NCBI RefSeq assembly: GCF_011745625.1
Contig: NW_027191460.1
Coordinates: 1 to 64,000, forward strand
Reading direction: 5' to 3'
Length of the DNA: 64,000 nucleotides
From: Cladosporium halotolerans
Lineage: Eukaryota
Shown: positions 22,163 to 36,099 of the stretch, piece after piece
Numbering within the stretch: position 1 is the first letter of the stretch
How the letters are laid out: every line of letters starts with the position of its first letter
Notes under the pieces: generated by a model
Told to the model about the DNA's origin: nothing
What the model saw: the letters and a program-made list of their open reading frames with translations, nothing else
Databases searched by the model: none
Position numbers and translations under genes: made by a program

Positions 22163-22911
22163 GTCTTATTAGACTTCAATGGGTCGAATTTATGATGTCA
22201 GAGTGAACGTACGGACATGAACAGGCCACGAGCAAAAGAAGAGAAGAAAGCAATCAAATGCAAAAGAGGGGTATCATGATAGGCAAAGAATCAGAATGCG
22301 AAAGAGATAGCCGGTAAGCACATTGGCGCATCCGCAGGAGTCCGGTGTTTGTGGACTCGATTCCTCCGAGCCAAGAGGCACCCTGTACGTACCCGGCTGA
22401 GGTCACGCGACAAAATGCCCGACGCGGCCGGATGAAGATGCGCCTCAGCAATTGAGTGGAAACGCTCGTCAAATGTAGAGAACTGTCTTGGAGCTACTGC
22501 TGGAAGTAGCTCCGCACAATCCGAGCCCTCCCACGCTGCATCCTGACGATTATTCCTGTTTCTAATGTTTGCCTAGGTGAGGAGGCATCACGTAGGGCTT
22601 CGGCAGACGGTTGCGATGTGCGTCCCGAGCCGCCGTTCCTGCGTCCCACCAACTCGGTACCAGAGCTACGCCTACATGTAGATGCCGTCATTTTGACGAC
22701 GACGACCTGAACGCATCATTGACAACAACGACGTTGTGATTCGATGAATTTGAATATCAAGCGTGCATAATGTGGAGTTTGTCTTCTATGATTGTAGATA
22801 TAGGTTTTGAGGAGGTCGTTTTACTTCCACAGTCTGCTCGCTCTTCATCATACAAATATTATATCTCTAGAGGCCTAGAAGCGATATCGTCTAATTGACC
22901 AATCTATCAAA

Positions 22912-23999
22912 ATGGAGGCCGTCAAGAAATCAATGGTCGAGAACCTTGGTCAACCTTTCCACAGCCTTGCTACCGGCGACCAAGCGTTCTCTCTAGAACA
23001 AGTACCCGATCTCAGCGGCAAGGTTGCCGTCCTGACTGGTGGAAGCCAAGGCATCGGATACGGGTGCACTCACACCCTTCTTTCGCACAAGATCACCAAA
23101 CTCTTCGTCCTCTCTCAGTCTGAGGAGAAGGTCGAAGACGCTCTTGATGGTCTTGAGAAAGAACTCGGCGCTACCGCCCGCAAAGCCGTTGTCTGGAAGC
23201 AATGCGATCTCTCAGACTGGCAGCGTACCTCGACGGTGGCCGCGGAAATCTCCAAGGAAACGGATCGTCTGGACATTCTGATCAACAATGCTGGACGTGG
23301 TATCATGACCCAGCAGTTTGCGCCCACCAATGGTATCGACGCACACATGGCGGCGAACCATTTCGGTCACACGATTCTGACCGCTCATCTCCTGCCTCTG
23401 CTCAAGAAAACCGCCGACAGCGGCAACAAAGTCCGCATCGTCAACTTGGCTTCGAGCCTTCATGAAATGGCCCCTAAAGAGACAGCTTTCAAAGACTTGG
23501 ACGAGCTGCAGAAGAACTACGGCCCGGAGGCACAGTACGGCCGCTCCAAGCTTGCCGTTCTGCTTCACGCCAAATACCTTGCCCGCCATCTGACCTCTGA
23601 GCACCCTAATATCCTCGCGAACGCAGTCCACCCGGGAGTTGTCGACTCAGCTCAGACTAATGAGCACATTCATGAGCCATACCCGCTGCTGGGCTACGGT
23701 ATGAGTGTTGGTCTGAAGCCGTTCCGCAAGAGTGCGCTTGACGGGTGTGTCAGCACAATGTATGCCGCAACCACGTGCCCAGACAGTGGCCTGTACAGTA
23801 TGTTCTTAGTTTTCGACTTATTAAGGAGGCCTCGAAGCTAACACAACTCGCAGTTGCGCCACCCAAGATTACCGAGCCAGGCAGCGACAAAGCGAACGAC
23901 ATGGAGCTTGCCGAACAACTGATGAAGTTGACCAAAGAGATCGTCGACGAGAAGACGCATGCCACGGAGAAGGGTTGCCCCATGCATGCGGCATCGTAA
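22912..23999 (+). CDS. Short-chain dehydrogenase/reductase (retinol dehydrogenase/WWOX-like)
   Basis: TGGSQGIG, LINNAG, YGRSK, NAVHPG; intron 23798-23853. Confidence 0.92.
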
Positions 24000-24113
24000 C
24001 AATCCGGTTACCCTAGCCTTGGGGAGAAGAAGCATCGAGAGTAATGAGTCCATGAGGACATAGAAACATGACGCTATGTATTTCCGTATGAGCTAAAATT
24101 GAAAAGCGGTCTT

Positions 24114-25891
24114 TCACTCCGTTCTCTGTGCAGATGTTGGCCGACTTGTTGTTTTACCGTGGTCGTCGACCGCAGACTCTTTATCCGACACGGCCACAGA
24201 CTCGGCAGAAGGACGTCTCGACGGCTCAGCACTCTTCTCAGCTCTCGATTTCTCAATGTCATCTTGAACAGCAGGTGTCATCGTCCCGGGTGTCTCTTCC
24301 TCGCGGATTAAACCATGGTCCTTGATAAAGACACAAAGGCCAAGGCACACAGCAGTCAAGGGTGCGCAGAAAATGAAGACGGCTCTGCTAGCATCCGCGT
24401 AAGCATTGGCGATTGCGGTTTGGTCTGCGACGTCAAAGGTCGATAAATCGGGAGCCGCGAATGTGCTGTTAGCAACGTACGACAAACGCCCCGGAAGAGA
24501 GCTTCGCAGTGTATTGGCGAGGATGGCGGAGGAGACGGCCAATCCGACCGCGCCACCCGAGCTGCGCAAGAAGTTACGGTTCGACGTGACCACAGCTCTC
24601 TGAACCTTTGGCGTGTGTGCTTGCAATGCCACGAGTGTTGGCTGGAAGACTTGGCCGGTGCCGCATCCTATAAGAAACAAGAAGAAGCAGACCCAGCCTA
24701 TGTTCAGACCCCGGTCTGCCATAATGAGTAAGCCAGATCCGATCAGCCAAACCCCGAAGCCTCCCCAAATGATGATGCCGTAGCGGTTGAAGTATGTCAT
24801 GCTCAGCCCTGCTAAGGTAGACGAAATAGCTTGAGTCACTACAACCGGAAGCAGAAGCGCCGCAGAGACTAGGGGCGTGTATCCTTTGACGTTTTGGAAG
24901 CTGTTATTATCGTTAGCACGCAGGCATTACAAAGGCGCGAAAAAATTAGCTGTACTTACTAAAGCGGAAGGAAGTAAAGGTAAGAATAATAACTTGCGCC
25001 CAAGAAGAAACTCTGGGCCAACATTGCGGCAACCGTAGGAATGTTGAACATGTCAAGTGGCATGATAGGCAATCGAGCCCATTTCCACTCGACAAGGATA
25101 AATGCGATGAAGCAAACTCCTCCAACGCACAGCATCGCTATGACTTCAGCCGAGTCCCAAGGTGTTCCTTCGTGCCCACCCTCCGAGATTGGAATGAGTA
25201 GCAAGATCACAGCCGCAGTACCAGTAAACAGGCCAAGGAAATCAATCTTGCCAATCGTCTCCTTCCAATTGAGAGCGGGCATGTTTGATGGAAGGTAGAG
25301 GGAGCTGAGTACAACGACGATCATGATGAGTGGTGCCAGCAAGTAAAACAAGCCCCTCCATGTCGTGTGGATGGCGAAAGCGGATGCGATCAGAGGTCCG
25401 ATGGCATTGCCTAGGCCAACCATGGAACCCAAGATACCTTGATACTTGCCTCTGTCTTGTAGGGTCACAACATCGCTGACGATCATCATCGTCAAGCTTG
25501 TAATTCCGCCGTTCGCTACACCAGCTAGGCCACGGAAGATATACAGCATCGTCGAGTTGACGCTCAATCCACATGCTAGATCGCTGAGGCTCAGCAAAAG
25601 CAATGCTGAGACAAGAATGTTCTTCCGCCCAAAGAGATCCGACAATCGCCCATAGAGAACTTGGAACACCGTGTTCGCAATCAGGGCAGATGTTCCAGCC
25701 CATGAAATCGATGCCTGGGCATTGAGGTCACGGGCAATGGGTGGCAGGATGACACCGATGCCATTTTGATCGATGAAGCAGACCAGTAGGCAAAGCGACA
25801 GTAAGGCAAAGACGAAGATGATGTTCTTCTTGTCGAGCAGCTGTGTTTGATCGTGAAGAGTGCTTTCAAGATTGCCTGATTGACGACCCAT
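24114..25891 (-). CDS. MFS transporter, DHA2-like 14-TM drug:H+ antiporter
   Basis: GRLSDLFGRK motif A, RGKYQG, multiple TM segments; intron 24901-24959 joins the two ORFs. Confidence 0.9.
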
Positions 25892-26848
25892 GGCTGTCGG
25901 GTGAACGTTGCAGCCCTAACACCAGCGTTCGGACAAGGCTGGAGAAGAAGCCGGCACCATAAGACTGGCCAAGCCCAAACGGCAGGTCTCAATTTGGCCT
26001 ATCCAGATTTCGATCGACTATAGTAGAAGTAAATGGAGCGTGTAGTAGCGGTGCTAGCCGATCGAGACTGGCTGAAAAGCAAACGACGGCGAGTAGGCTT
26101 AGGCAAGGCGAGTAACAAAGTATTAATGCAATGGACCTTACAGGCTTCGTAGGGCCTCCCGACTCGAATGAAGATCCAGATAACAACATTTTCGGTATCG
26201 GACCTTAGCCGCTCCAAGTAGGCGCGTCAAAGCCGAAGAATTGCGTGCCGACTTTTCCGAGTCTAGCAATCTTGACTTGCCATGCTTGCTGCACGAGCCA
26301 TGCAGGCCATGCAAGATGTCGCGTGCTGTCGAGCCGCTCCGGTACCGGCGCCATCCTGCAGATAATTGTATGTTAACGCCGACGAGGTATCCGATCAAGG
26401 CGCTGATGCGTGAGGGGAAGAACACCGACCGAGAAGCCCTCGTGGCAGCCATGCTGGGAAGACGTTTTGGTGGAGACGCCTTTTGGGGCAGAAACTCAAA
26501 AGCCGGCTTTCGATGCCTTCGGCACCCTTTCCAGATGTTCCAGAATTTCGCGTGACGAGACGGCGTAGATGGAATTGCCACTGCTGATATTCTGCGGCGC
26601 AGTGACAACAATCAATAGGCAGGGTTGGACTCGAAATATCTCTCATATACAGCACCTGAAAAGCGCGATAGCATCGCCAGACCTTTCTCTGATCATCTGA
26701 CCATGGCAATGGCGGGGCTTCGTGAGATGGGCCGTCATCGTGCTACAGTACATGCTCAAAACCCTCCGATAACGGTATATAATTACATCCACCAACGCCT
26801 CGCTAAAACAAAAAGACCGACTGACACCTGATCCGAAGTCGGAGGCAC

Positions 26849-28013
26849 CTAGTTGTTTGGCACCGTGAAGAGTGACGGTTTCATGTTGAGCTTGCACAGT
26901 TTTGCAACACATCCAGCCAATTGAAGGTATGTCTGCATGCCCTCAAGAATACGCATGTGCGTGAAGCCTATCTCGCGGACGAATTCGAGCTTTGTGTGCT
27001 CACTGAGGGATGGAATAGTCTTCGTGACCTTGAACATGCTGCTGATGATGTCGTGAGACGAGTAACCAAGAGTCCTGGAAGAACGGGTTAGCGATGCTAT
27101 GATTGTGCTCCGTGGCGTTCTTGAAGCTTACCAGAGGTCCTTGAGAATGTCGAGGGCTTCATCAATCTTTTGATCCTGGCACGCCTTGATCATTGCCTGG
27201 ACCTTGACCGGATGCGGGCTGTCGACCACGCGGAAAACGTTATCGCCGCTCACAAGTCCGAAACCAGCTGCTGTAGATTGCAAGTTGTTGATAGCTTGAC
27301 GCATATCTCCCTCCGCGCTGAACACAAGTGCAGCTATACCGTCGTCGCTGTATTGTACATCCTCAGCTTTGCAAATCTGATACAGCCTCTTCACCACTTG
27401 AGCGTCGGTCAAGCGCGAATACCGCAGGATGGCACAGCGCGACTGCAGCGGCTCTATAATCTTGTTCGACTGGTTGCACGCAAATGCAAATCGTGTTGTG
27501 CCCGAATAGATTTCCATTGTTCTCCTCAAGGCCTGTTGTGCGCCGCTTGTCATGCTGTCTGCCTCGTCGAGAATGACAATCTTTTGTCGGCCGGCTGGCA
27601 GTGTAACCTTCTTTTGCGCGAAACCCTTGATCCTGTTCCTCACCACATCAATACCTCGCTCGTCGGACGCATTTAGCTCCAACACAGCTTCTTTGTATGC
27701 ATCACCCAAAAGCTGACGCGCAAGGCACAGGACTGAAGTTGTCTTGCCGATACCAGGCATGCCGCTGATGATCACATGGGGCATGTTACCATCTTTGGCG
27801 ATGATCTTCAAGCGCTCGACTGTTTCTGTGTTGCCGACGATATCATCTAGGAACACGGGACGGTATTTCTCTACCCTAACATGTTGTGAGCATGGATTCG
27901 ACAAGGAAGCTAAAGGTGCCTTACCATGGGAGCTCATAGTTCGAGGGCGCCCCTTGTGCGCTGGCTTTGACACCATTGCTTTCGGCATCTTTCGAGGATT
28001 CAGCGCGTGCCAT
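26849..28013 (-). CDS. RFC4: Replication factor C small subunit 4
   Basis: MARAESS..NYELPW/VEKYRP across intron 27876-27924; GMPGIGKTT Walker [20 protein letters not shown]; intron 27075-27131. Confidence 0.93.
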
Positions 28014-28434
28014 GCTGTGCAAAATTTATTGATTGCTGTCGTCGGGGATGTGTTGTCAAAAGTGTCAATCTAGCTCGCGGCTACATGTCCCAGTCCGGCT
28101 TCAGAAGTTCGTGTCGCAACGCGACTTTCGAAGCGCGATGTCACGTGATGTGTCATCACACCTCCTGTGCCGAGCATTCTTGATGGAGACGTACCTCTCC
28201 ATCAAGGGCGAGACACATACTGACATTTGGTAGTCATCGTGTCTTGTACTTTATTTCCTCATACGCGTAGCTTGCTTGCAAGTCTTTGTTCCGTCGCTCC
28301 GTGAGCTGCTCTTTCCAACACTTTCGACTTCCTGGACCAGCAACATCCAGAGAGACAGCACGATCCAAAGTCCTGTGACCAATAAGGCCACGGCATTTAG
28401 AGACCAAATGCGATCATAGCGTGATCTTAGCAGG

Positions 28435-30377
28435 ATGTTCTCTGTCCAGCGTTATGTGCTGTATCTGGCATTAGCAGCATGCGCTCTATTCACGATCAGC
28501 TACTTCCGCACTGACTTTTTGTCGAGTCGCTACAATGCCCATATATCAGCCGGGCAACTTGGCTCAAAACCACAGCACTTAGCAGTCAATCCGGGCGGCG
28601 GGCCTTTCCAGTGGCGAACAGTTTTAACCAACTATCCGGCCAAGAGCCTAACGCCACTACCCACGGCGAAACCCTTGAAGTTGCCCAAGGTTCAGCATGA
28701 ATTCCTTCCGGAAACCCAAGAGCATGCCTCAAAGCGAAAAGAACGGCAAGCGGCAGTCCGCAGCACTTTTGAGCGCTCCTGGAAAGCCTACCGTCAACAT
28801 GCCTGGATGCACGACGAGCTGGCACCCATTTCTGGCAGCACCAAGGACGGCTTCGGCGGGTGGGCAGCCAGCCTAGTAGACAATCTGGATAACCTCTGGA
28901 TTATGGGATTCAAGACGGAGTTCGAAAGTGCACTGTCTGCGGCCATGAGTATCGACCTTGGCTCTGCGACGATTGACTCCGTCAACGTGTTCGAGACCAC
29001 TATCAGACATCTTGGAGGCTTCTTGTCTGCATACGACTTGAGTGAAGATGAAAGATGTCTACACAAAGCCATCGAATTTGGTGACATGCTGTAAGTCAAA
29101 CGAACCTGTGCCCCCGATCGTTCTCAGTGGACAGGGCAACGCTAAATCTTACTCCTTGCCGCACAGATACAAAGCATTTGACACGCCCAACCGTATGCCA
29201 GTTACAAGGTGGCGGCTCCAAGACGCAATGACGAGTAGGTCAATTGCTGACAACGTCGTTTTGGTTGCCGAGCTTGGCTCTTTTACAATGGAGTTCACCC
29301 GTCTTTCGATGCTTACTGGAGATCCCAAGTGGTACGATGCAGTCGATCGGATCACTAGGCTGTTTGCAGAGCAGCAGAGCAGGACTCACCTCCCAGGCAT
29401 GTGGCCTGTCGTCGTCGATGCGAGAACACCAGATCTCACAAAAGATACCTGGTTCACACTTGGAGCGATGGCAGACTCAGTCTACGAGGTATTTTCACGC
29501 CCTCGCCCCGCTCTGAAATGGCAACTACTGATCACTGTCTTAGTATTTTCCCAAGATGCAAGGCCTCCTCGGCGGCGTCGAAGCAGTCTACAGGAAATTG
29601 TACGAGGGCAGCATGGCAGCAGCAATCAAACACACCCTGTACCGCCCCATGGTCCCCGACGAAGCCGACATCCTCATTGCAGGCGGCGCCCGAGCCCAGG
29701 CAAGCACCGGGCCTGTCCTCGATGCGCGAGGCGAGCACCTGGTTTGTTTCGCAGGTGGTATGTTCGCACTCGGTGGCAAAATTTTCGACATGCCCGAGCA
29801 CGTCGAGATCGGGCGTAAGCTCACCGACGGCTGCATCTGGAGCTACAGAGCCCTCCCGCTGGGTGTCATGCCTGAAGTCTTCCAGATGATTCCGTGCGAA
29901 GATCGGGCGAGCTGCAAGTGGAATGAGACTATGTGGCGCGAGGAAGTGTCCAAGCACCAGCCTATGGGTATGCCCTTTGACAGATACATCAAAGAACATG
30001 CCCGCCTTCCCAAGGGATTCGCCCAGATCAGCGACCCGCGCTACATCCTGCGGCCCGAAGCCATCGAGTCCGTCTTCATCCTGTACCGCATCACAGGCGA
30101 GCAGAAATACCAAGACGCTGCGTGGGACATGTTCACAGCCATCATTAAGTCTTCAGAAACAAAGCTTGCCAATGCTGCTCTGGCCGATATTACTTACACG
30201 CAGGAACAGCTGGACAGAGATAATGTCAACATCAAGATGGACAGCATGGAGAGTTTCTGGATGGCGGAGACACTGAAGTACTTTTACCTCATTTTTAGTG
30301 ACTCTAGCGTCGTGAGCTTGGATGAGTGGGTTTTCAACACTGAAGCGCATCCATTCAGAAGGAATGTGGCCCTTTGA
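28435..30377 (+). CDS. Class I alpha-1,2-mannosidase (GH47), type II membrane protein
   Basis: NVFETTIRHLGG, ADSVYEY, HLVCFAGG, LRPEAIES, MESFWMAETLKY, NTEAHP; introns 29091-29166 and 29489-29543. Confidence 0.93.
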
Positions 30378-30477
30378 GAAAGTCACGTTGCGGCTGCAAT
30401 CAGTGCAAGCAATTCAATAGGTTCGCCCGATAGTAATGTAACTTTGAGCTCAACTTCTCAAATCTCGATCGGGTCTT

Positions 30478-33286
30478 TTAGCTAAAGGCATTCGAGCTCA
30501 CGTTCCAAAGATCGTCAAAGAAGCCCATAGCCAGCGTGCCTTCTACGCCTTTCCAAAGCATGTCTGAATTTGCAACAACAAAATCTGGTACTCCAGCTCC
30601 AGTCAAGGTAGGAACAAGCCGAGCCGCGATGCTCAAGCTTTGCTTGTCCACGCCCCAGACCACGAGCTCGAGCCTCTCGTTTGGCAGCGGGCGTAGGAAT
30701 ATCGCGGCCAGTCCTTTGCTACGTGAGGGGTACGTATGCGTTGTGCCTTGTGCGTCTTTGAGCTCGATACGGTCTTTGTGGAGGGAGATCGCTTGTTTGA
30801 CAGCCGCAGCCTGACCAAATCGATGTTGGACGTCTTCACCGACCGAGACACTGATTACGTTGCCAGTGCTGTCGTTGATCGCATGAGATGCGTTCGAAGC
30901 CATCTCTGTGTCCGCACTGAAGTACTGGCACAGATTTCTGGAGATCTGCAGGGCGGTATGTTTAACGCCTTCATGGTCTTCAGAAGGTGATGAAAGGATT
31001 TGAATTGTACTCCGTGTGCGCAATACGGCATCAATTGCGCCCGATTGTCGGCCACGCCGGCTGTCATCTCGGACGGTCTTAGAAATCCATGTACCATCGC
31101 GCCGCCGTTCCAGAACGAGATCACCGAAGCCGCCGGTAAGACCCGAGTTCACTCGCTTGTCATCAACGAACAAGGTCTTGCAGCTCTTCAGACCTTCTGA
31201 CAACTGCAATGAACGTACGTTGCTCGTAAACAGACTGCAGGTCGTTCCTTGTGATTGTAACGTGAAATCAACTCTACCCAGCTGGCCAGGAGTTATGAGC
31301 CCCAGAATCTTCACTCCGTTTTTAGAGCCTGTGTCTCCAGGGTCCGCGGAGACTATCGTGAAGTTGCTGGACTTGCTGCTGCCGCCTCTTTTCTTTTCGG
31401 ATGCGTTTAGTTGTGCCTGGAAGAACTCGGCCAGATGTGGGGTGGTCATTACACCGTCCCAATAGTGTGGCTTTCCCTCCATTTCGAAGTACGTGCTGTG
31501 GGCGTCACTCTGATCCAACAGTTGGTGCATCAGCCTTGAGTGGTACGCAGGCACGTTGTCATCTGCGCTTCCATGCTGCTGCAAGATCGGGATGCCCTTT
31601 GCATTCTCCAAGAGAAGCTCGTGCCGGTAATCGCTCAGACTTGCCTGTACGATCGAAGCTTTCCTTGCATCTGCGGTGCGCCAAAACTCGTAGGGCACGT
31701 AGTTCTGGATGCTAGAGTATCCGCTCAGTGGCGCGGCCGCAAACACCTTATCCGGATGGTGCGTGAGGAAATACCATGTACCTTGGCCACCATTTGAGTG
31801 GCCGGATACCAGCCACCGATCGATATCGACGCCAGGGCCTTCCCACGAATGTTGCTCGATCCACTTGAGAATCGCGCTGATTGCAGCCTCGACGTCGGTG
31901 TAACCCCAATTGTGCCAATCGTCGCCACTCCATGGAGTCACTCCTGTTGGGAAGAGAACCCAGGCACACAGGTCCGGCAACGGATCAAGACCATGCCTGA
32001 CTTGATCACTGTCTGCCTCAAGACCAGCACCGTGAAGAGCCAATAGAATCGGCAACTTTCCGTCTGGTGAATTACAGGTCTCGATCGCCTTCAGCGACGG
32101 AGGCCTCAGAATGGCGTAGGACACCATTCCACCTGGGTGGAAATAAGTCAGCTTCTGCGGATCATGTATGCTCGATACCAGTTTCGGCAATCCGGACACA
32201 TGAAGAGTGCGCTCGCCCTTTTCTCCAGAAACTAACGAGTAGCTGAACTCAACATCAATGTGTGGAAGTGAAATCCCAGGGATGCACATGATCTGAAATG
32301 CTACAGGACGAGTTTGACCTGGTGCAATCTCAATCGATGCCTGCAGAGCCAGTCGCACCTCACAGATATTGCGCATTGAATCCTGCGGTTGGGCACTTCG
32401 AAGGACGAGTTTGACCTGGTGCAATCTCAATCGATGCCTGCAGAGCCAGTCGCACCTCACAGATATTGCGCATTGAATCCTGCGGTTGGGCACTTCGAAT
32501 GACGACCTTCTCTTGCAGATTATTCCGGATCATGGCAGAAGCAAGGTCACTAGCGAGGACATCGTTGGCACCGTCGATTCGGTCTGCAATGACGATATTT
32601 CCAACGGCTTGCACATCCCCTCGAGATGCTTGCAAGTCGATTCTTACGTTGATAGCCGGGTTGGTGGTGATACCGCCCATAGATCGAACATCTCTCACGA
32701 GACGAACGTCTATGCGGTGAATGCCAGGTTCAAGATGCAGCACTGCAGCGGCTTTGCCATACCCATAGAAATCGCCGCCAAAGTAGTGAACACCATCTAT
32801 CCAGTATTCGAGTACGTTTTCAACATCGAGAGCCAATGCTATGGTGCTTTCTCGCTCCACAATGATCTCGCCTCTGGCCCATGCTTGCCACTGCAGAGCA
32901 GCCCAGCCGTATACCTGCTGGAGGAATGCCCAATCAACGTCAGGGTATTGAACAGTCAACTCCACGCTGGCGGAGTTTGTGCTCGGATCTCCCAGCTTGG
33001 CTGTGGCGTTGGACCAGAAGACTGATGCATTTGCAGGCAAAGAGCTGGGGAAGTGGGAATCGCGGTCACGTTCAAAGGCTCTGAAGCCGCCATGTTGTTC
33101 CAATGGATCCGCGCCCCAAATGGCTTCCCGAGTGCCGATCTGAAAGGGACCTAGTATCTGCCATTCTTCGGAGAAAGCGAGGGTTGTGAATTCAGGTGGA
33201 GCTCGAGAGGAAGGCGGAGGCGACAGGCCCAAACATGCCTGTGCGGCCCGGGCGTACTGCAGCGCATACCTCAAGACGAGGTGCAT
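30478..33286 (-). CDS. Secreted alpha/beta-hydrolase (peptidase S9-like), ~903 aa if a 97-bp duplication is removed; frameshifted as assembled
   Basis: LALHGAG, GHSNGG nucleophile elbow, HGSADDNVP, PHYW. Two ORFs (32360..33286 and 30478..32493) overlap at the duplicated segment. Confidence 0.75.
32305..32498. repeat. Perfect 97-bp tandem duplication
   Basis: 32305-32401 is identical to 32402-32498. Confidence 0.95.
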
Positions 33287-33781
33287 TGTGAACGACGGCC
33301 CATATTGGCACGCTCAACAAATCGATGTATGTAGGATACGGTCACTCCGCACAACCGGACAATTGTGCTTGCAAGACCGCATCCCTGCTCTTCGCTCGTA
33401 GATGACGACGCCATGGGCCCGCTAGCCGTCCCACGTGGGACGAGGAGGCAGGAAGCCCGAAAGCTTGATGATGCGAGAAGCGGCCTCTGCGGCGTTGATT
33501 GCGCGCAAACCTAGTTGCAAGGTCGCGACTCTCCTGTGCGCACTTTGCTACGATACATCCGACGATACTGTACATGATTGAACGTCGACCATGTACGCCA
33601 CCAGATAGAACACAAGGCGCCATTGTACGACCAACCAACCCCCAATCTGCGGCGGGACCCGAGGACACGAGACACCACGACACACGTTCACACTTGCCGG
33701 AGCCCGGAACTCGCGATTCAGCTGCGCATTGCGATGGACAGATAAGACAATAGCTTACATAGCGACAAACACACCAACAGC

Positions 33782-35467
33782 ATGGTGCCACACTCAACGA
33801 CAAATCAAGCCCGGCGACGCTCGTCTGCAAGCCCCAACCCCAACGGCACGTTCAAGTTCCCAGACCTATCGCACGATGCATTCGACGAGGACACATTCGA
33901 GGAAGGCTCAAGAGATGGGACACCGAAACCGCTGCCAATGGGCCTGCCGCACGGCTTACATTCGAGTGAGCGGTGGCCTGCAAGGAGAGCCTCGAATGCG
34001 AACAATTGGAATTCATGGACAAACGGGACTTCGGGTAAGACCCGACACGGCAGACAGAAGAGCTTGAGCGAGGCGATTCAGACAGTGCGAGGACGGAAAG
34101 CGAGCATAAGTGAAAATGCTCATGTAATTGCGGACTCACTCAAGGCTCCCGTGAGCTGGAAGCTCATCATCCTCTGCGGTGTCTGGTACTCGACCTCGAT
34201 CATGACGAACGCATCTTCGAAGGCTATCTTGACTGCCTTGCCCAAACCAGTCACCCTCACGATTGTACAATTCCTTCTCGTGTCCTTCTGGTGCCTCTTC
34301 CTGTCTTGGCTGGCCAAACGGAATCGCTCAATACGAGAAGCCGCCCCTTTCCTCAAGAACGGCATTCGAAAGCCGAGCAAAGAGATCATTGTCGCAACTC
34401 TACCCTTGACGGCCTTCCAAATTGGCGGCCACATTCTGAATTCCGACGCTATGTCTAAAATCCCGGTCTCGCTGGTGCATACTATCAAGGGTTTGAGCCC
34501 GTTGATGACGGTTTTCGCCTATCGCATCTTCTTCGACATCCGCTACAGTGTACCAACATACCTTTCACTCATCCCGCTAACTGCCGGTGTCATCATGGCG
34601 TGCGCGGCAAGCACGACGACAAACTTCTTCGGCCTCCTCAATGCCTTTGGCTCGGCAGTACTGTTCGTCACGCAGAACATTGTGAGCAAGAAGATATTCA
34701 ACGAGGCGGCCAAAGCTGAAGCAGATGGCACGCCTGCTGGCCGACGCAAACCGGACAAGCTCAATCTGCTCTGCTACTCCAGCGCCTTGGCGTTTTTGTG
34801 CACCGCTCCTATCTGGCTCTTCAGCGAAGGATGGGCGCTAGCGAAAGACTACTATCAAGACGCTTCTATTACCCTTCGCGAGAAGCCCGGCTCGCTGGAT
34901 CACGGAGCCTTGGCAGCCGAGTTCGTCTTCAACGGTACCTTCCATTTCGCTCAATCACTGGTTGCATTCGTCCTCCTCGGCATGACCAGCCCGGTCACGT
35001 ATTCTGTCGCTTCGCTCATGAAGCGCGTGGCAGTCATCATCTTCGCTATCGTATGGTTCGGCAACCCGATGACCTACATCCAAGGCGCGGGCTTCGCTCT
35101 CACCTTCCTGGGCCTCTACCTCTACGACCGCACATCAGAAACCGACAAAGCCGACAAGCGCGCCCGGGTAATGGGCGAGTCGAAGCAGCCGCTGCTTCCC
35201 ATCAACGTCGGCGACGAGAAGAAGAACGATCCGGCGCCGCCAATGTACACGAACAGCCCTGTGGCTGTGGAAGACGGCGGCCGAATGTACGGGCCCGCGA
35301 GCGGGTTCGCTAACGGCGACCTGGGACCGGGAAGGGCGAGATCTGGGAGCAGACCTAGTCCTGTGCCGAATGGGGCCCCCTACTCTCTGCCCCCGGGGAC
35401 GAAAGCGGAAGAGACGTGGCGGCAGAACGACGTGGGCACTTCGGCGCAGGGCGTCGGTGTACGATAG
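33782..35467 (+). CDS. Triose-phosphate/nucleotide-sugar transporter family protein (Sly41-like), 561 aa
   Basis: PVTLTIVQF, IPVSLVHTIKGLSP, SPVTYSVASLMKRV; multiple TM segments. Confidence 0.88.
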   Translation: MVPHSTTNQARRRSSASPNPNGTFKFPDLSHDAFDEDTFEEGSRDGTPKPLPMGLPHGLHSSERWPARRASNANNWNSWTNGTSGKTRHGRQKSLSEAIQTVRGRKASISENAHVIADSLKAPVSWKLIILCGVWYSTSIMTNASSKAILTALPKPVTLTIVQFLLVSFWCLFLSWLAKRNRSIREAAPFLKNGIRKPSKEIIVATLPLTAFQIGGHILNSDAMSKIPVSLVHTIKGLSPLMTVFAYRIFFDIRYSVPTYLSLIPLTAGVIMACAASTTTNFFGLLNAFGSAVLFVTQNIVSKKIFNEAAKAEADGTPAGRRKPDKLNLLCYSSALAFLCTAPIWLFSEGWALAKDYYQDASITLREKPGSLDHGALAAEFVFNGTFHFAQSLVAFVLLGMTSPVTYSVASLMKRVAVIIFAIVWFGNPMTYIQGAGFALTFLGLYLYDRTSETDKADKRARVMGESKQPLLPINVGDEKKNDPAPPMYTNSPVAVEDGGRMYGPASGFANGDLGPGRARSGSRPSPVPNGAPYSLPPGTKAEETWRQNDVGTSAQGVGVR

Positions 35468-36099
35468 ACGCTTCTTTGTAGGTATAGGTAGCAATTACGT
35501 TGTTAATACGCCAGTTGGAATGCATCACGAGACCAAAGTCATCTGTTTGAGAACGTAAGTCATGCGGCCTTGCGACTCAATGATCGTCTGGACAGTGGAT
35601 TCTGCGATTGCGCAAAGCCCGATTGCTGGATGTACGTGCACGCGTTCTAGGCCTCGTTCCCCTGTCGACGAGCATCGTGCAGGTCCGCGCTCCCCCCACG
35701 GGCGTCAAGATTCGGTCATATGCGTTCGTTGATGTGCTTCTCAAACACCATTTTATCGTGGAAGATGAGACGTCTGCTGAATGTGGGGTAGCGAAAGCCT
35801 ATGTAGACACGGTGGAAAGGCAAAATGCCATGCGCCAAGTGGCATATTCGTAGTAGAATGAACACTGACGAGCGCCGCATGGGATAAATTGCATCACGCC
35901 CGAGGTGCCAGCAGCGGATCCTGCCGAGGCGGTACGTGCTAGTGAAGGGGAGGAAGTGTGGGCGTCGTGGGAGAGACAGCTTGGAGGGACATCGCCGCCG
36001 CCGCGTGACGTGACTTGACACCCTGTCATTGTGTGCCGCTCCGGGTGGCTGCCACACAATTCCGGAAACCTGCAGCATCCCGCTCTCGAGGGTCATACC

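Noticed and set aside
20870..25891. GH5-SDR-MFS as a secondary-metabolite or catabolic cluster
   Set aside because: No backbone enzyme (PKS/NRPS/terpene synthase) or adjacent pathway regulator is present.
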